The notes: generated by a model not told the origin, from the letters alone. Numbered from the stretch's first letter, positions 1-10,684 are shown. The stretch: DNA of 64,000 nt from Nitrospirales bacterium (GCA_963555755.3 OY820905.2:2016001-2080000); one strand, 5' to 3'. Program-made: numbers and translations.

Positions 1-441
1 CATCCACATCAGCACGGTTTCAGCTTGATCATCGCTCGTATGCCCTAGGGCTACTTTTGTGAGGTCGTGCTCATGGGCCACTTGGGTGAAAGCCGCATAC
101 CGAAGATCACGAGCCACGGACTGGGTCGATTGGCCTTTTCGTGTTTGGATCTCCAGTTGGAGATTGAGTCGTTGCACATGGCACGGCACATCAAGCTGCT
201 GACACAAGGTTTGAACAAAGTCCGCATCGGCTTCGCTTTCGTCGCCTCGTAACCCATGATTCATATGGATCACATGGAGAACCAAATTCAACTGTGACTG
301 CCACGCACACAGGAGGTGCAACAAGGCCACCGAGTCGGGTCCGCCAGATACCGCAACCAAGACCCGGTCGTGTTCGTTGAGTAATTCTTGTTGACGAACC
401 CTCGCCAAGACCTGTTGTTCAAAACGCAGGATGGGTGACAT
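1..441 (-). CDS. tilS: tRNA(Ile)-lysidine synthetase, 5' part (runs off the window start)
   Basis: Not in the ORF track. Manual translation from ATG at 441 gives MSPILRF...VAVSGGPDSVALL...HMNHGLRG...ARDLRY...LGHTSDDQAETVLM, with the PP-loop SGGxDS and other TilS motifs. Confidence 0.93.
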   Translation of the reverse strand, partial: MSPILRFEQQVLARVRQQELLNEHDRVLVAVSGGPDSVALLHLLCAWQSQLNLVLHVIHMNHGLRGDESEADADFVQTLCQQLDVPCHVQRLNLQLEIQTRKGQSTQSVARDLRYAAFTQVAHEHDLTKVALGHTSDDQAETVLMWM

Positions 442-476
442 ACGCACAGCTCACAGGCGGGAAGAAATTTGCAAGG

Positions 477-1415
477 TCAACTCCGGGCTTTCTCTTTCTT
501 AAACACGTCTTGCGCTACATCGATGTCCAAAGCAATTTGAGCGGCTAATTCATCGGACGACTGAAAAACCTCATCACCGCGCACATACGTGAGAAAATCG
601 ACTTGCACGTCTTCTCCATACAATGCACAGTCTTCATCCAGTATATGGACTTCCAGTAATCGGTCGCCCTGCCCAAAAGTCGGGCGCGTCCCAATATAAC
701 TGATCGAATTGAATGACCTCCCTTTCCAATGCAGGTTGGTCACATAGACACCATCAGGCGGAATCACTCGCCCTGCCGGCAAACGAAGATTGGCTGTTCG
801 GCATCCCAGGGCTTGCCCACGCTGATCACCTTCAACCACCAACCCCTGCAATGAATAGGACCTCCCTAAAAATTCCCGAGCTTCTTCTATTTTACATTGC
901 TGAATCAATTTTCGAATATGCGTTGAGCTGGCAACTTTGTCTCCGGATCCGAGCGGCTTCAGGAGATGGACTTGAAAATTTGCACGTTTTCCTAATTGGG
1001 TCAAGGTTGAAGTATTGCCAGCCCGCCCCTGTCCAAAGACAAAATGTTCCCCAACAAAGAGATCACGGACCCCCAACCCATCGCGTAAAATCGACCCCAC
1101 AAACTCTTCGGGACTCAGGGCGGAAAAAGATTTCGTAAACTCGAGAATAACCAAATGTTCCACCCCGACGGATTCAAACCACTTCAGCTTGTCTTCCGGG
1201 GTCGTCAGGAATTGAAAATCGATATTGGGATTCAAGACCTGGACAGGATGAGGATCAAAGGTCAACACCATTGGTGTTCCGCCACACTCGCGAGCCCAAT
1301 TGACCACGGTAGACAGCAGGTAGCGATGACCAAGATGTTGACCATCAAAATTGCCAATGGTTAACACGGGATGAGGAGGGAGGGGAGAGTTCGGGAGTCC
1401 TCGTGAAACCTTCAT
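477..1415 (-). CDS. ribF: Bifunctional riboflavin kinase/FAD synthetase
   Basis: [17 protein letters not shown], GxRTAN, GTRPTF and LEVHI motifs. Confidence 0.96.
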   Translation of the reverse strand: MKVSRGLPNSPLPPHPVLTIGNFDGQHLGHRYLLSTVVNWARECGGTPMVLTFDPHPVQVLNPNIDFQFLTTPEDKLKWFESVGVEHLVILEFTKSFSALSPEEFVGSILRDGLGVRDLFVGEHFVFGQGRAGNTSTLTQLGKRANFQVHLLKPLGSGDKVASSTHIRKLIQQCKIEEAREFLGRSYSLQGLVVEGDQRGQALGCRTANLRLPAGRVIPPDGVYVTNLHWKGRSFNSISYIGTRPTFGQGDRLLEVHILDEDCALYGEDVQVDFLTYVRGDEVFQSSDELAAQIALDIDVAQDVFKKEKARS

Positions 1416-2395
1416 GTGCGCCAGCTGTCGAGGGCCTGCGCCGCATCCTTGGCAAAATAGGTGAGAATGAGATCCGCCCCGGCTCGCTTAATGGACAACA
1501 GAGTTTCAAGCATCACACTGGATTCATCGATCCACCCTTGCTGAGAAGCCGCTTTGATCATGCTGTACTCCCCGCTAACTTGATAAGCTGCGATAGGAAC
1601 GGAGACATGTAATCGCGACTGTGCAATCACATCCAGGTAGGGAAGCGCCGGCTTGACCATCACAATGTCGGCCCCCTCCTCCACATCAAGTTCAACTTCG
1701 CGAATGGCTTCACGGACGTTGGCCGGATCCATTTGATACGTTCGCCGATCTCCAAACGCTGGGCTGGAGTCCGCTGCTTCACGAAACGGAGCATATAAAC
1801 TCGACGCATACTTCGCAGCATAGGCCATGATGGGAAGGTCGGGAAACCCCGCTTGATCCAATTCATCGCGGATGGCCCCGACGCGACCATCCATCATGTC
1901 AGACGGGGCAACCATGTCGACACCCGCCTCCGCATGCGTTCGCGCCATTGACCGCAAACATTCAAGCGTTTCATCATTGAGAATCCGGCCATCTTTCACA
2001 ATGCCACAATGCCCATGGTCCGTATATTCATCAATGCACACATCCGTGATGACGAGGAGGTCCGGTATTTGACTTTTGAGTGCCCGAACCGCTTGCTGAA
2101 CAATGCCATCAGGATCATATGCGGAGGTTCCCCGAGCATCTTTTCGATCAGGAATGCCGAAGAGCATGATCGCAAGGATACCTAATTGATGAGCCTCAAA
2201 CGCCTCTTTGACTAGCAAATCAATAGACCACCGGAATTGGCCCGGCATGGAACTGATCGGAATCTGTTGATTTTGGCCGACAGTGACAAACAGCGGATAA
2301 ATAAAATCATCCGGCGACAGACTGGTTTCTCGAACCAGACGACGCATGGATTCATGCTGTCGTAGCCTGCGCATACGCTGTCGAGGAAAGGCCAT
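1412..2395 (-). CDS. hemB: Porphobilinogen synthase (ALA dehydratase)
   Basis: [28 protein letters not shown] and AYQVSGEY motifs. Confidence 0.98.
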   Translation of the reverse strand: MAFPRQRMRRLRQHESMRRLVRETSLSPDDFIYPLFVTVGQNQQIPISSMPGQFRWSIDLLVKEAFEAHQLGILAIMLFGIPDRKDARGTSAYDPDGIVQQAVRALKSQIPDLLVITDVCIDEYTDHGHCGIVKDGRILNDETLECLRSMARTHAEAGVDMVAPSDMMDGRVGAIRDELDQAGFPDLPIMAYAAKYASSLYAPFREAADSSPAFGDRRTYQMDPANVREAIREVELDVEEGADIVMVKPALPYLDVIAQSRLHVSVPIAAYQVSGEYSMIKAASQQGWIDESSVMLETLLSIKRAGADLILTYFAKDAAQALDSWRT

Positions 2396-2491
2396 AATGG
2401 TGTTGTCCTAAGTACGACCGGGATCCGATTGCTATGCGGTTTTTGTATAGAACCACCTTGTGTGGACAGGAGTCCCGATATTATCTGGAGG

Positions 2492-2887
2492 TTATTTCCG
2501 GGGAAGGTTCGTCAGAAACACCACAAGGTCTCGCACAGAAATCATGCCAACTAATTTTCCACCCTGGCCGGAAACCCCTAAATGCCGAACGTGCTCTTTT
2601 GCCATCACATCATTGGCATCGAGGAGCGTTTTATTTTCATCAATGGTCTTGATGGGGGCCGACATAATTTGCTCTACAGTGGTCTGGTTAGGATCCAACC
2701 CGGCGGCGACCAGACGTCTCAGCAAATCAGTATCAGTAAGAATCCCAATAATTTTCCCATCACGGGTGACAAAAATACTCCCAATCCCACTATCACGCAT
2801 GGTTTCCACAGCCTTGCGGACATTCACATCTCGATCAATTGTGATGAACTTCTCAGCCGGAACCATAAAAGATTTCACGGGAACCAT
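2492..2887 (-). CDS. CBS-pair domain protein
   Basis: Two CBS repeats (GILTDTD, VGMISVRD). Confidence 0.88.
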   Translation of the reverse strand: MVPVKSFMVPAEKFITIDRDVNVRKAVETMRDSGIGSIFVTRDGKIIGILTDTDLLRRLVAAGLDPNQTTVEQIMSAPIKTIDENKTLLDANDVMAKEHVRHLGVSGQGGKLVGMISVRDLVVFLTNLPRK

Positions 2888-2975
2888 AGATCTCTCCTTC
2901 GTTTAACCCATAAATGTTTTGCATCCTTCTTTGCCCAGAATGTGACTGCCTACTCCCCACGCGGAAAGCGTGCAA

Positions 2976-4532
2976 TCAAACCGTTGCCTGAACCGACTGT
3001 TGCCGATACGCCACCAGCGCCTCGACCAACGCAGGAATGGTATTTTGCCCGGCAACCACATCAACTTGCAATCCCTGCTCTCGAACGGTTTCGGCGGTAA
3101 TCGGCCCAATACACCCAATCATGGTGTGTTGGAGAATTTTTTTCAATTCCCCGCCTCCTCCAAACAATTCCACAAAATTTCGCACCGTGGATGAACTCGC
3201 AAACGTGACCATCTCGATTCCCTGGGAGAGAAACCGTGCTTTGATGTCATCGATTGCAGAATGAGGAACCACGGTTTGATACACCGGGACAACCTGAACC
3301 TCCGCTCCCACGCAGCGCAACTCTTCAGGCAGAATTTCACGAGCCTGTGCCGCACGAGCAATGAGCACACGTTGGCCAGCCACCCCAGCCTTTTTCATTT
3401 CATCCAGAACCCCCTCGGCTTGATATTGCGAAGGGATCAAGTCGGCTTTCACACCAAATTTTTCCAATTCTTGGGCAGTCCGAGGCCCAATACAACACAC
3501 TCGCACTCCCTGAAGACTTCGGGCATCTCGACCCTTGTACCACAAACGACGCATGAAATGTTGGACTCCATTCACACTCGTCAAGACCAGCCACTGATAG
3601 GTGTCCAGGCATGCAATGGCCTCATCGACATCTTCCCAACTTTCTGGGGGAACAAATTCGATTGTGGGACATTCCACCGGTTCCCCTCCATATGCCAGCA
3701 AGAGCTGAGAAAGCTCAGATGCTTGACTGCGAGCGCGAGTAACCAAAATCCGAGTTCCAAACAAGGGGCGGGATTCAAACCAATTCAGGTTTTTTCGCAA
3801 CGGAACCACGGCCCCAATGACAATAATAGTCGGCGGTTGAATATTCACGGCCTCAGCCCGCTCCACAATATCTGCCAATGTCCCGACCACTGTCCGTTGC
3901 TTGGGATAGGTTCCCCATTGAATAAGCGCCACCGGGGTGTCCGAGGATTTTCCTTCTTCGGTCAACCGGCGAACGATCGTGGGTAAATTCTTCGCCCCCA
4001 TGAGAAACACGAGAGTCCCATCGACAGTGGCTAACCGTGGCCACTCGAGAACACTTCCTCCCTTGCTGGGATCTTCATGACCCGTCACAAAGGTTACCGT
4101 CGAAGCCATGGTGCGATGCGTCACCGGAATCCCTGCATAGGCTGGCACGGCCACCGCTGAGGTAACCCCAGGAACCACTTCAAAGGGCACCGATTGCTCA
4201 GCCATCATCTCAGCTTCTTCCCCCCCTCGTCCGAATATAAATGGGTCTCCGCCCTTCAAGCGAACCACCTGTTTCCCTTCTTGGACTTTCTGAATCAACA
4301 GACGATGAATTTCCTCTTGAGGCCGATACGCCCCACGACCACAGCGTCCCACATAAATTCGCTCCGCATGAGCGGGGGCATAGTCTAAGAGCACAGGATT
4401 GGCTAAATGGTCATAGAGCACGACATCCGCCTGTTCCAGGCAGGTTTTCCCTCTGATAGTCAGTAATCCCGGATCACCAGGCCCTGCCCCAACTAAATAG
4501 ACTTTTCCTTTTTTCATGCCAATCCTGTTCAC
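2976..4532 (-). CDS. cobA/hemD: Fused uroporphyrinogen-III C-methyltransferase / uroporphyrinogen-III synthase
   Basis: N-terminal LVGAGPGDPGLLT and RLKGGDPFIFGRGGEE; C-terminal HemD (VLTSVNGV, CIGPRTA, FASSSTV). Confidence 0.95.
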   Translation of the reverse strand: MNRIGMKKGKVYLVGAGPGDPGLLTIRGKTCLEQADVVLYDHLANPVLLDYAPAHAERIYVGRCGRGAYRPQEEIHRLLIQKVQEGKQVVRLKGGDPFIFGRGGEEAEMMAEQSVPFEVVPGVTSAVAVPAYAGIPVTHRTMASTVTFVTGHEDPSKGGSVLEWPRLATVDGTLVFLMGAKNLPTIVRRLTEEGKSSDTPVALIQWGTYPKQRTVVGTLADIVERAEAVNIQPPTIIVIGAVVPLRKNLNWFESRPLFGTRILVTRARSQASELSQLLLAYGGEPVECPTIEFVPPESWEDVDEAIACLDTYQWLVLTSVNGVQHFMRRLWYKGRDARSLQGVRVCCIGPRTAQELEKFGVKADLIPSQYQAEGVLDEMKKAGVAGQRVLIARAAQAREILPEELRCVGAEVQVVPVYQTVVPHSAIDDIKARFLSQGIEMVTFASSSTVRNFVELFGGGGELKKILQHTMIGCIGPITAETVREQGLQVDVVAGQNTIPALVEALVAYRQQSVQATV

Positions 4533-5476
4533 GCACGACCGTAAATTTCGTTTAAAATTTTATCACCGCCTGCCTCCAAAATTCGCTCTGCTAAGGCAAC
4601 ACCCAAGGACTCAGCCTCATCAACGGAGCCATGAATCACATCACGAATGATCTGTTGCCCATCGACACTGGCGACAAGTCCATGAAGTGTCAACATCGAC
4701 CCTTCCAGGATCGCATGGCCAGCAATGGGAACCTGGCATCCACCTTCCAATCGAGCTAAAAAGGCTCGCTCCGCAGTTACGGTTGAACGCGACGGGGAAT
4801 CATTGAGAGGCTGCAACAGGTTCTGAATAAACGTATCCTCGGACCGCCCTTCAATACCCAGCGCTCCCTGGCCTACAGCCGGAAGACTGATATCCGTGGA
4901 AAGACATTCTGTGATCTGGTCAGCCCATCCCAAACGTTTTAACCCTGAGGCCGCGAGCACGATGGCATCAAATTGACCTTCACGAAGTTTTCGCACTCGG
5001 GTGTCCAGATTGCCACGCAACATCTTAATGGATAAGTCTGGTCGTTGAGCCAGAAACTGAGCTTGCCGTCGAAGACTGCTGGTTCCAACATTCGCTGATG
5101 GTGGGAGCTCGTGAAACGACCGGCCATCACGACTCAATAAGGCATCACGCGGATCTTCACGTTGCGGAACACAGTGGATGGCCAACCCCTCAGGCAAAAC
5201 AGACGGCACATCTTTCATGCTATGGACGGCCAGGTCAATATCCTTTCTCAGTAAGGCTTCTTCAATTTCTTTGATAAATAAGGCTTTTCCACCAATCTTG
5301 GCCAAGGGAACATCCAGGATCTTATCTCCACTGGTTTGAATCCGTTCCAGCCGAATCGAAAGATGTGGCGCAATCTCATGAAGACGGGCCTGCACCCATT
5401 CAGCTTGCCAAACGGCCAGTTGACTGGCCCGTGTCCCAATCACCAACGATGTCCGGGTACCGTTTTCCGAACTCAC
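4529..5476 (-). CDS. hemC: Hydroxymethylbilane synthase (PBG deaminase)
   Basis: IGTRASQLA, AVHSMKD, GTSSLRR, RGNLDTR and LEGGCQVP motifs. Confidence 0.98.
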   Translation of the reverse strand: MSSENGTRTSLVIGTRASQLAVWQAEWVQARLHEIAPHLSIRLERIQTSGDKILDVPLAKIGGKALFIKEIEEALLRKDIDLAVHSMKDVPSVLPEGLAIHCVPQREDPRDALLSRDGRSFHELPPSANVGTSSLRRQAQFLAQRPDLSIKMLRGNLDTRVRKLREGQFDAIVLAASGLKRLGWADQITECLSTDISLPAVGQGALGIEGRSEDTFIQNLLQPLNDSPSRSTVTAERAFLARLEGGCQVPIAGHAILEGSMLTLHGLVASVDGQQIIRDVIHGSVDEAESLGVALAERILEAGGDKILNEIYGRA

Positions 5477-5528
5477 TCATTCTCCTCAGCCAGAACCTCA
5501 TTAACCATTTCAACAGGAATCCTTTTTA

Positions 5529-5669
5529 GGGCACCTCTAAAAACCGTCCTTTTTCGTGATGGCGGCGTCAGTCGCGTGCTCAAATCCTCATGTATTCGCC
5601 CATACACTCCGGTTTTCCGCGCGCGGCTTCCTTGCCCTCACAAAAAATGCCGGGTTTTTAGAGGTGCCC
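5529..5669. mobile_element. MITE family A (141 bp), between hemA and hemC
   Basis: TIR GGGCACCTCTAAAAACC / GGTTTTTAGAGGTGCCC with a 4-bp TSD TTTA. A second copy lies at 22061-22201. Confidence 0.88.
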
Positions 5670-5675
5670 TTTAAT

Positions 5676-7076
5676 CTATCCCTTGGCCTCATGGGAGAAT
5701 TTGGGCTTATCGACATGCTGCACATTCTTTTGATCACTTGCCGATTTCACCGTTTCAGACGCCACACTAGATGAACTCAGTTGATCGTCTTCTTCCGATG
5801 CTTCTTCGCCAGAATCAAGATCATAAAAACGGCGGGCCGCATCAATATAGATCGCGCCATTGGAGGATTGGGCCACGGACTTCAGCGTCACTACCGACCC
5901 ATGAATCAATTTATTCACGATGCTCGAGGCTAACCCTTCAATCGTTTCACGATCTTGATCTGACAATGTACTCAACCGACCGAGGGCTTTATCGAGTTCA
6001 GCCTGCTTAATATCTTCCGCCCGCTTTCGTAAGGCTACAATAGTGGGAGTTGCGACAAGCGTTTGTAGCCACTTTTGGATGACAGCGACTTCTTCTTGTG
6101 CAATGGCCTCGGCTTTGACGGATTCGGCTCGTCGTTCTTCCCTATTCTGCTCCACGTGCATTTCCAGATCATCAATATCAAAGAGAAAGGCGTTATCCAC
6201 CTCACGCACCGCCGGATCGATGTTTCTCGGAACGGACACATCAATGAGAAAAATGGGTCTATTCATCCGCTCACGTACCGCTCGTTGCACATCTTCCGCA
6301 CTAATTAAATAATGAGAGGCTCCCGTGGAACAGATAACGATGTCAGCCTTAGCCATTTCGCTCCGAAACTCTTCAAAAGGAATCGGGGAACCTTGAAACC
6401 GATCGGCCATGGTACGCGCACGAACCGGATCACGTGTCGTGAGCAGAACCTGCCGGACACCATGATTGATTAAATGCTTGGCCGCCAGCTTGGCCATCTC
6501 GCCGGCTCCAACAAGCATCACGGTCCGAGCCGATAAATTCCCAAACACCTTCTTGGCTAACTCGACTGCCGCATAGCTGACGGACACGGCATTTTCTGCA
6601 ATGCGCGTTTCGCTCCGCACTCGCTTGGCAACAGAAATGGCCTTTTGAACGAGTTTATTGAGGATAACTCCACTGGTGTTGTGGGTTAGGGCGGACCGAA
6701 ACGCATCTTTGACTTGCCCCAAAATTTGCGGCTCCCCCACGACCATAGAGTCCAAACTTGCCGTCACGCGAAACAAATGGGCAATAGTCCGATCACCGGA
6801 ATACCAGTACAAATGTGGCAGCAGTTGTTCAGCAGAAAGCGAAAGGTGCGAATTAACAAGAAACTCCTGAACCGCAGAAAACCCTGATTCAACCTGATCG
6901 ACGACTGCATACACTTCAACGCGATTGCAGGTTTGAAGCAACATGCCTTCCTTCACGCCCGAATATGTCATGAGTCTCTTTAACGCTTCACCCATCCGAC
7001 TATCGGGCACAGCCAATAATTCCCGAAGTTCTACGGGCGCCGTTTTGTGGGATAGTCCGACCGTAATGATATGCAT
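5676..7076 (-). CDS. hemA: Glutamyl-tRNA reductase
   Basis: Start MHIITVGLSHKTAP overlaps the ccsA stop (TGATG); TCNRVE, GEPQILGQ and GAGEMA motifs. Confidence 0.97.
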   Translation of the reverse strand: MHIITVGLSHKTAPVELRELLAVPDSRMGEALKRLMTYSGVKEGMLLQTCNRVEVYAVVDQVESGFSAVQEFLVNSHLSLSAEQLLPHLYWYSGDRTIAHLFRVTASLDSMVVGEPQILGQVKDAFRSALTHNTSGVILNKLVQKAISVAKRVRSETRIAENAVSVSYAAVELAKKVFGNLSARTVMLVGAGEMAKLAAKHLINHGVRQVLLTTRDPVRARTMADRFQGSPIPFEEFRSEMAKADIVICSTGASHYLISAEDVQRAVRERMNRPIFLIDVSVPRNIDPAVREVDNAFLFDIDDLEMHVEQNREERRAESVKAEAIAQEEVAVIQKWLQTLVATPTIVALRKRAEDIKQAELDKALGRLSTLSDQDRETIEGLASSIVNKLIHGSVVTLKSVAQSSNGAIYIDAARRFYDLDSGEEASEEDDQLSSSSVASETVKSASDQKNVQHVDKPKFSHEAKG

Positions 7077-7882
7077 CAGCTGACCGAGACCCCGCTGCTT
7101 TTCAGAATGACGCCAAGAAAGGTGAGAAGCACCCCGGCAAACCCGACGATGGTTAAATATGCCGCTTTTTTGGCCCTCCATCCAACGGTCACCCGCCCCA
7201 TTAACACGAATAAATAAAACACCCACGTGACTACAGCCCATGTTTGCTCAGGGTTCCAGCTCAAATAGGCGCCCAACGTAATCTGGGCGGAGATCGCACC
7301 CGTCAAAATGCCAAGTGTTAAAAAGGGAAAGCCAAGTAAAATGGACCGCTGGTTGAGCTTGTCTAAAAAGTCCAAGGGAGGCAGCTTGAAGTACAGCACG
7401 TTAAATTGCTTGGACTTGAGCAATCGTTCTTGCATCAAATACATCAGCCCCGCGACAAAAGCCACCGCAAACCCCACCGTTCCCAACATGCTCAGCGTGA
7501 CATGGACCCATACCGCCTGAAACATGGGATGCAGGACCGGAGCTTCCGTAGGAAGAATCGCAGTAGACACTAACGAGAGAAAAGCCAAGGGCAGGATAAA
7601 CGACCCAAGGACATACAGGTGCTGTCGAATTGCCACAACCAGGAACACCAACACAAGAGACCAGGAAAAAAATGACATAGCCTTGTGAAAGGTCACCCAT
7701 TTCAAATCGTCTCCCGACAACAGTTGAAACGCTAATGCAATCGTATGCGTGAAAAACCCGAGTCCAGCCAAACCTAGGGCGATTTTGGAAAGAACTTCGG
7801 AACGTCGATCCAAGCATACCAAAAACATGACCGTCCCGAGGAAATACAACCCCAAAGTCAGTTGGAAAAATACAACCGTCAT
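7076..7882 (-). CDS. ccsA: Cytochrome c assembly protein (CcsA/HemX-like) membrane protein
   Basis: Multiple TM helices, VHV motif, SWNPEQTW (WWD-like) motif; directly upstream of hemA. Confidence 0.85.
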   Translation of the reverse strand: MTVVFFQLTLGLYFLGTVMFLVCLDRRSEVLSKIALGLAGLGFFTHTIALAFQLLSGDDLKWVTFHKAMSFFSWSLVLVFLVVAIRQHLYVLGSFILPLAFLSLVSTAILPTEAPVLHPMFQAVWVHVTLSMLGTVGFAVAFVAGLMYLMQERLLKSKQFNVLYFKLPPLDFLDKLNQRSILLGFPFLTLGILTGAISAQITLGAYLSWNPEQTWAVVTWVFYLFVLMGRVTVGWRAKKAAYLTIVGFAGVLLTFLGVILKSSGVSVS

Positions 7883-7925
7883 GATTGCGAATACCCTTGA
7901 AAAAGTCCTAAAAACCCAGATTGGA

Positions 7926-7954
7926 AGTATAGATAGGCCTTATAAAGAGGTCAA
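7926..7954 (-). promoter_or_regulatory. sigma70-type promoter of the ccsA-hem operon
   Basis: TTGACC-N17-TATACT on the minus strand. Confidence 0.6.
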
Positions 7955-8039
7955 GGAAATGGCATGTCCGCTAGAGGGTGATGATCGAGAAAAAGAATGG
8001 GAGTGAGGTGTTGCAACGGACCTTGAAATACACAAAGGG

Positions 8040-8178
8040 GAGAAATCCTAAGCACGAAATCCGAAACAAATTCCAATGCTCAAAATCCCAATGTCCCAAA
8101 TTTGACCGAAAGGTTTGGAATTTTGGGCATTTGAATGTTGAATGTGTTTGAGATTTGGTGCTTCGAATTTTGTGTTTT
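8040..8178. repeat. Long imperfect palindrome with ~7-nt periodicity
   Basis: GAAATCC...CGAAATCCGAAACAAATTC arm mirrored by GATTTGGTGCTTCGAATTT. A related copy lies at 37768-37880. Confidence 0.6.
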
Positions 8179-8239
8179 CCGTCATCTGACCCATTTAAGG
8201 CTTTAGACAGATGGACAACATGACCATTCAATTGAAAAA

Positions 8240-9025
8240 CTATCCTCCTGAACCTGCTGTCGCTCCACCACAGACATTAATGGCTTGGCCTGAAATGGCT
8301 GCAGCCATAGGCGAACAAAGAAACAGGACAGTGGATGCTATCTCATCAACCTTCGCCATACGTTTGATTGGCACAGCCGCAATGGCTTGGGTTCGAAAAT
8401 CCTCTATCGACATGCCCAAGACTGCAGCGGTTTCTTCAATTCCTTGACGAGCCATGGCCGTATCCACCCAAGTCGGGCATACCGCATTGACCGTAATCCC
8501 TCGATGAGCCACTTCAAGGGCAATGGCCTTAGTAAAACCAATGATGCCATGTTTGGCCGTGCAATAGGCTGCATAGCCTGGTACACCGAATCGCCCAAGG
8601 ACCGACGAGAGATTGATGATTCGGCCATAGCCAGGGCCTTTCATATGTGGCAACACAATTTTCGAACAAAGGTAGGACCCCGTGAGATTAACTTGAATAA
8701 TGTTGGACCAGCGAGAATCATCAGGATCGTCAATAGGTGTTCGGCCAGACACCCCTGCATTGTTAACAAGAATATCGATCTGCCCCCATTCTGCGACAAT
8801 GGCCGAAACCACTCGTTCCAGATCCTGACGATTGGTCACATCCGCAGTGACGCCCATGGCGGAAGCTCCTAAGGCCTTCAATTCTCCAACCGTTTCTTCA
8901 AGAGGTTCAGCCCGCCGCCCACAAATACCGATGCGAACCCCCTGCCCGGCTAAGGCTTTAGCGATTCCACATCCAATTCCAACTCCCCCTCCTGTTATCA
9001 AAGCCACACGATCCTGTAACAGCAT
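8240..9025 (-). CDS. SDR family NAD(P)-dependent oxidoreductase
   Basis: TGGGVGIG, NNAG and YCTAK motifs. Confidence 0.93.
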   Translation of the reverse strand: MLLQDRVALITGGGVGIGCGIAKALAGQGVRIGICGRRAEPLEETVGELKALGASAMGVTADVTNRQDLERVVSAIVAEWGQIDILVNNAGVSGRTPIDDPDDSRWSNIIQVNLTGSYLCSKIVLPHMKGPGYGRIINLSSVLGRFGVPGYAAYCTAKHGIIGFTKAIALEVAHRGITVNAVCPTWVDTAMARQGIEETAAVLGMSIEDFRTQAIAAVPIKRMAKVDEIASTVLFLCSPMAAAISGQAINVCGGATAGSGG

Positions 9026-9054
9026 TTAGTCTTCCCTTCTGCGTTTCGGCTATT

Positions 9055-9197
9055 GGGGATGTTAAAAAATGGCGTCAGCGGCGTTCTCGGCCCTTTATCG
9101 TGCCCACGTACTCGCGGACCCTCCGCGCGCCAAAGCGCCTGCAGCCTTGCTGATCGCGCCCCCCGCCTCCGCGAGGGCATGCTTTTTGAACATCCCC
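9055..9197. mobile_element. MITE family B copy
   Basis: TIR GGGGATGTTAAAAAA / TTTTTGAACATCCCC; interior shared with other B copies. Confidence 0.8.
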
Positions 9198-9356
9198 AAT
9201 TGTTCGATATGGACGCGCACGGCGATTTTTTCACCCTTCGCTGTCCCTATTCCACTTGATTATTAGGCACCCTCGATAATTATTGGCATCCGTCACATGA
9301 CTTTTTCCTCCAGACCTCAGTAGAATGGGCCAATATCATACAACAAAGGAAAAATA

Positions 9357-10076
9357 ATGAGTGGCACACTGTACATCGTTAGCACCCCAATCGGAAACCT
9401 CGAGGATTTTTCCTATCGGGCACACCGTATTCTCCAAGAAGTCAGCATTATCGCGGCAGAAGACACGAGGCATACTCAAAAACTTTGTGGTCATTATGGA
9501 ATTACGACCACACTGACGAGTTATCACGACTTTAACAAAGAACACAAAACACCGGTGCTTTTGGAAAAACTTCAGGGAGGACAATCAGTCGCGTTAGTTT
9601 CTGATGCAGGAACCCCTTTAATCTCTGATCCGGGATACTACCTCTTGACTCATGCTATTGCCGAAGATATTCCAATTGTGCCAATTCCCGGCCCCTCCGC
9701 TATTCTGGCAGCACTGACCGCATCGGGCTTACCGACAGACGCCTTTCGCTACGAGGGGTTTTTACCCAAAAAATCAGGGGCCCGCTCTCGAATGCTACAA
9801 ACCTTAGCGGAGGAGCCCCGAACCATCATCCTCTTCGAGACACCCCACCGTATTAAAGCGACATTATCTGAAATACAAGAAATTTTTGGAAATCGTCAAT
9901 TAACTATGGCCCGCGAGTTGACCAAAACTTATGAGGAATTTATTCGAGGAAGTGCCGAGGACATTTTGGCAAGGTACGGAACTCAAACGCCTCGAGGGGA
10001 AATAACGCTGGTTATTGCAGGCAGGCCAAAAACGAAAAGGCAATCAAAAAGGAACATGGCCGTTAAGGGCCTGTAA
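9357..10076 (+). CDS. rsmI: 16S rRNA (cytidine1402-2'-O)-methyltransferase
   Basis: LYIVSTPIGNLED, AAEDTR, VSDAGTPLISDPG and RELTKTYEE motifs. Confidence 0.96.
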   Translation: MSGTLYIVSTPIGNLEDFSYRAHRILQEVSIIAAEDTRHTQKLCGHYGITTTLTSYHDFNKEHKTPVLLEKLQGGQSVALVSDAGTPLISDPGYYLLTHAIAEDIPIVPIPGPSAILAALTASGLPTDAFRYEGFLPKKSGARSRMLQTLAEEPRTIILFETPHRIKATLSEIQEIFGNRQLTMARELTKTYEEFIRGSAEDILARYGTQTPRGEITLVIAGRPKTKRQSKRNMAVKGL

Positions 10077-10244
10077 AAAAATAACTTGGACATCTCGCAT
10101 CCCATCTTCGAGCCATCTTTGAACGCGCCTCAATCGAAAAACCTCAACAGAGGCATACTATGCCTCGACTTTTTCTCAATCGTTACGTCCAAATCCAACC
10201 CAAATCTGGGCACGATTTTGTCCAAGATATTTTTTCACAGGCCC
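10067..10244. mobile_element. MITE family H copy (empty)
   Basis: TIR GGGCCTGTAAAAAAATA / TATTTTTTCACAGGCCC with a 3-bp TSD TAA. Homologous to 36504-36682 and 59922-60723. Confidence 0.85.
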
Positions 10245-10489
10245 TAATCCTCACCTTTCTGAATCACCACTCGATAGCTTGCCCCAAGTTGATCCTGAGT
10301 GAGAATGGTATGTCCTTCATTTTTTACGCTTTGAGGAACATTCCTTATTGGTTCCCCATCATCTAAAATCACCGCTAAAATTTCCCCTGCAGACATCGTA
10401 TCCAATTTCAATTTCGTTTTAACAAAATTGTACGGACAAATTACACCCCGCAAGTCTAACTCAACCTGGGCTTCAATCTTTTGATTCAT
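10244..10489 (-). CDS. tusA: TusA family sulfurtransferase
   Basis: LDLRGVICPYNFVK motif, 81 aa. Confidence 0.88.
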   Translation of the reverse strand: MNQKIEAQVELDLRGVICPYNFVKTKLKLDTMSAGEILAVILDDGEPIRNVPQSVKNEGHTILTQDQLGASYRVVIQKGED

Positions 10490-10501
10490 GACTCAGGTTC
10501 C

Positions 10502-10684
10502 GGAACTGTTGAAAAAGACGGTCAGCCTTCGCCGTAGCGGCTTCGCGCAGGCAGGTCGGGGCTTTATCGAGATTCGCGCTCACAAACTTGGCGCTCTTCG
10601 CGCCGTTCGCCCTCACGTACTCCATGTACGCTGCGGGCGCCAAATCCCCTGCGGCCTTGCTGGACAGCCTTTTTCAACAGCCCC
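10502..10684. mobile_element. MITE family B variant with an internal REP-like palindrome
   Basis: CTGTTGAAAAAG ... CTTTTTCAACAG ends; interior CTCACGTAC...GCGGCCTTGCTGGA. Confidence 0.7.

Noticed and set aside
7077..7241. N-terminal extension of hemA in the ORF track (similar over-extensions for uvrD, HU, ychJ, vapB, the ligase and the IS6 transposase)
   Set aside because: The extensions overlap upstream genes, repeats or promoters; downstream starts fit the family N-termini and RBS positions better.
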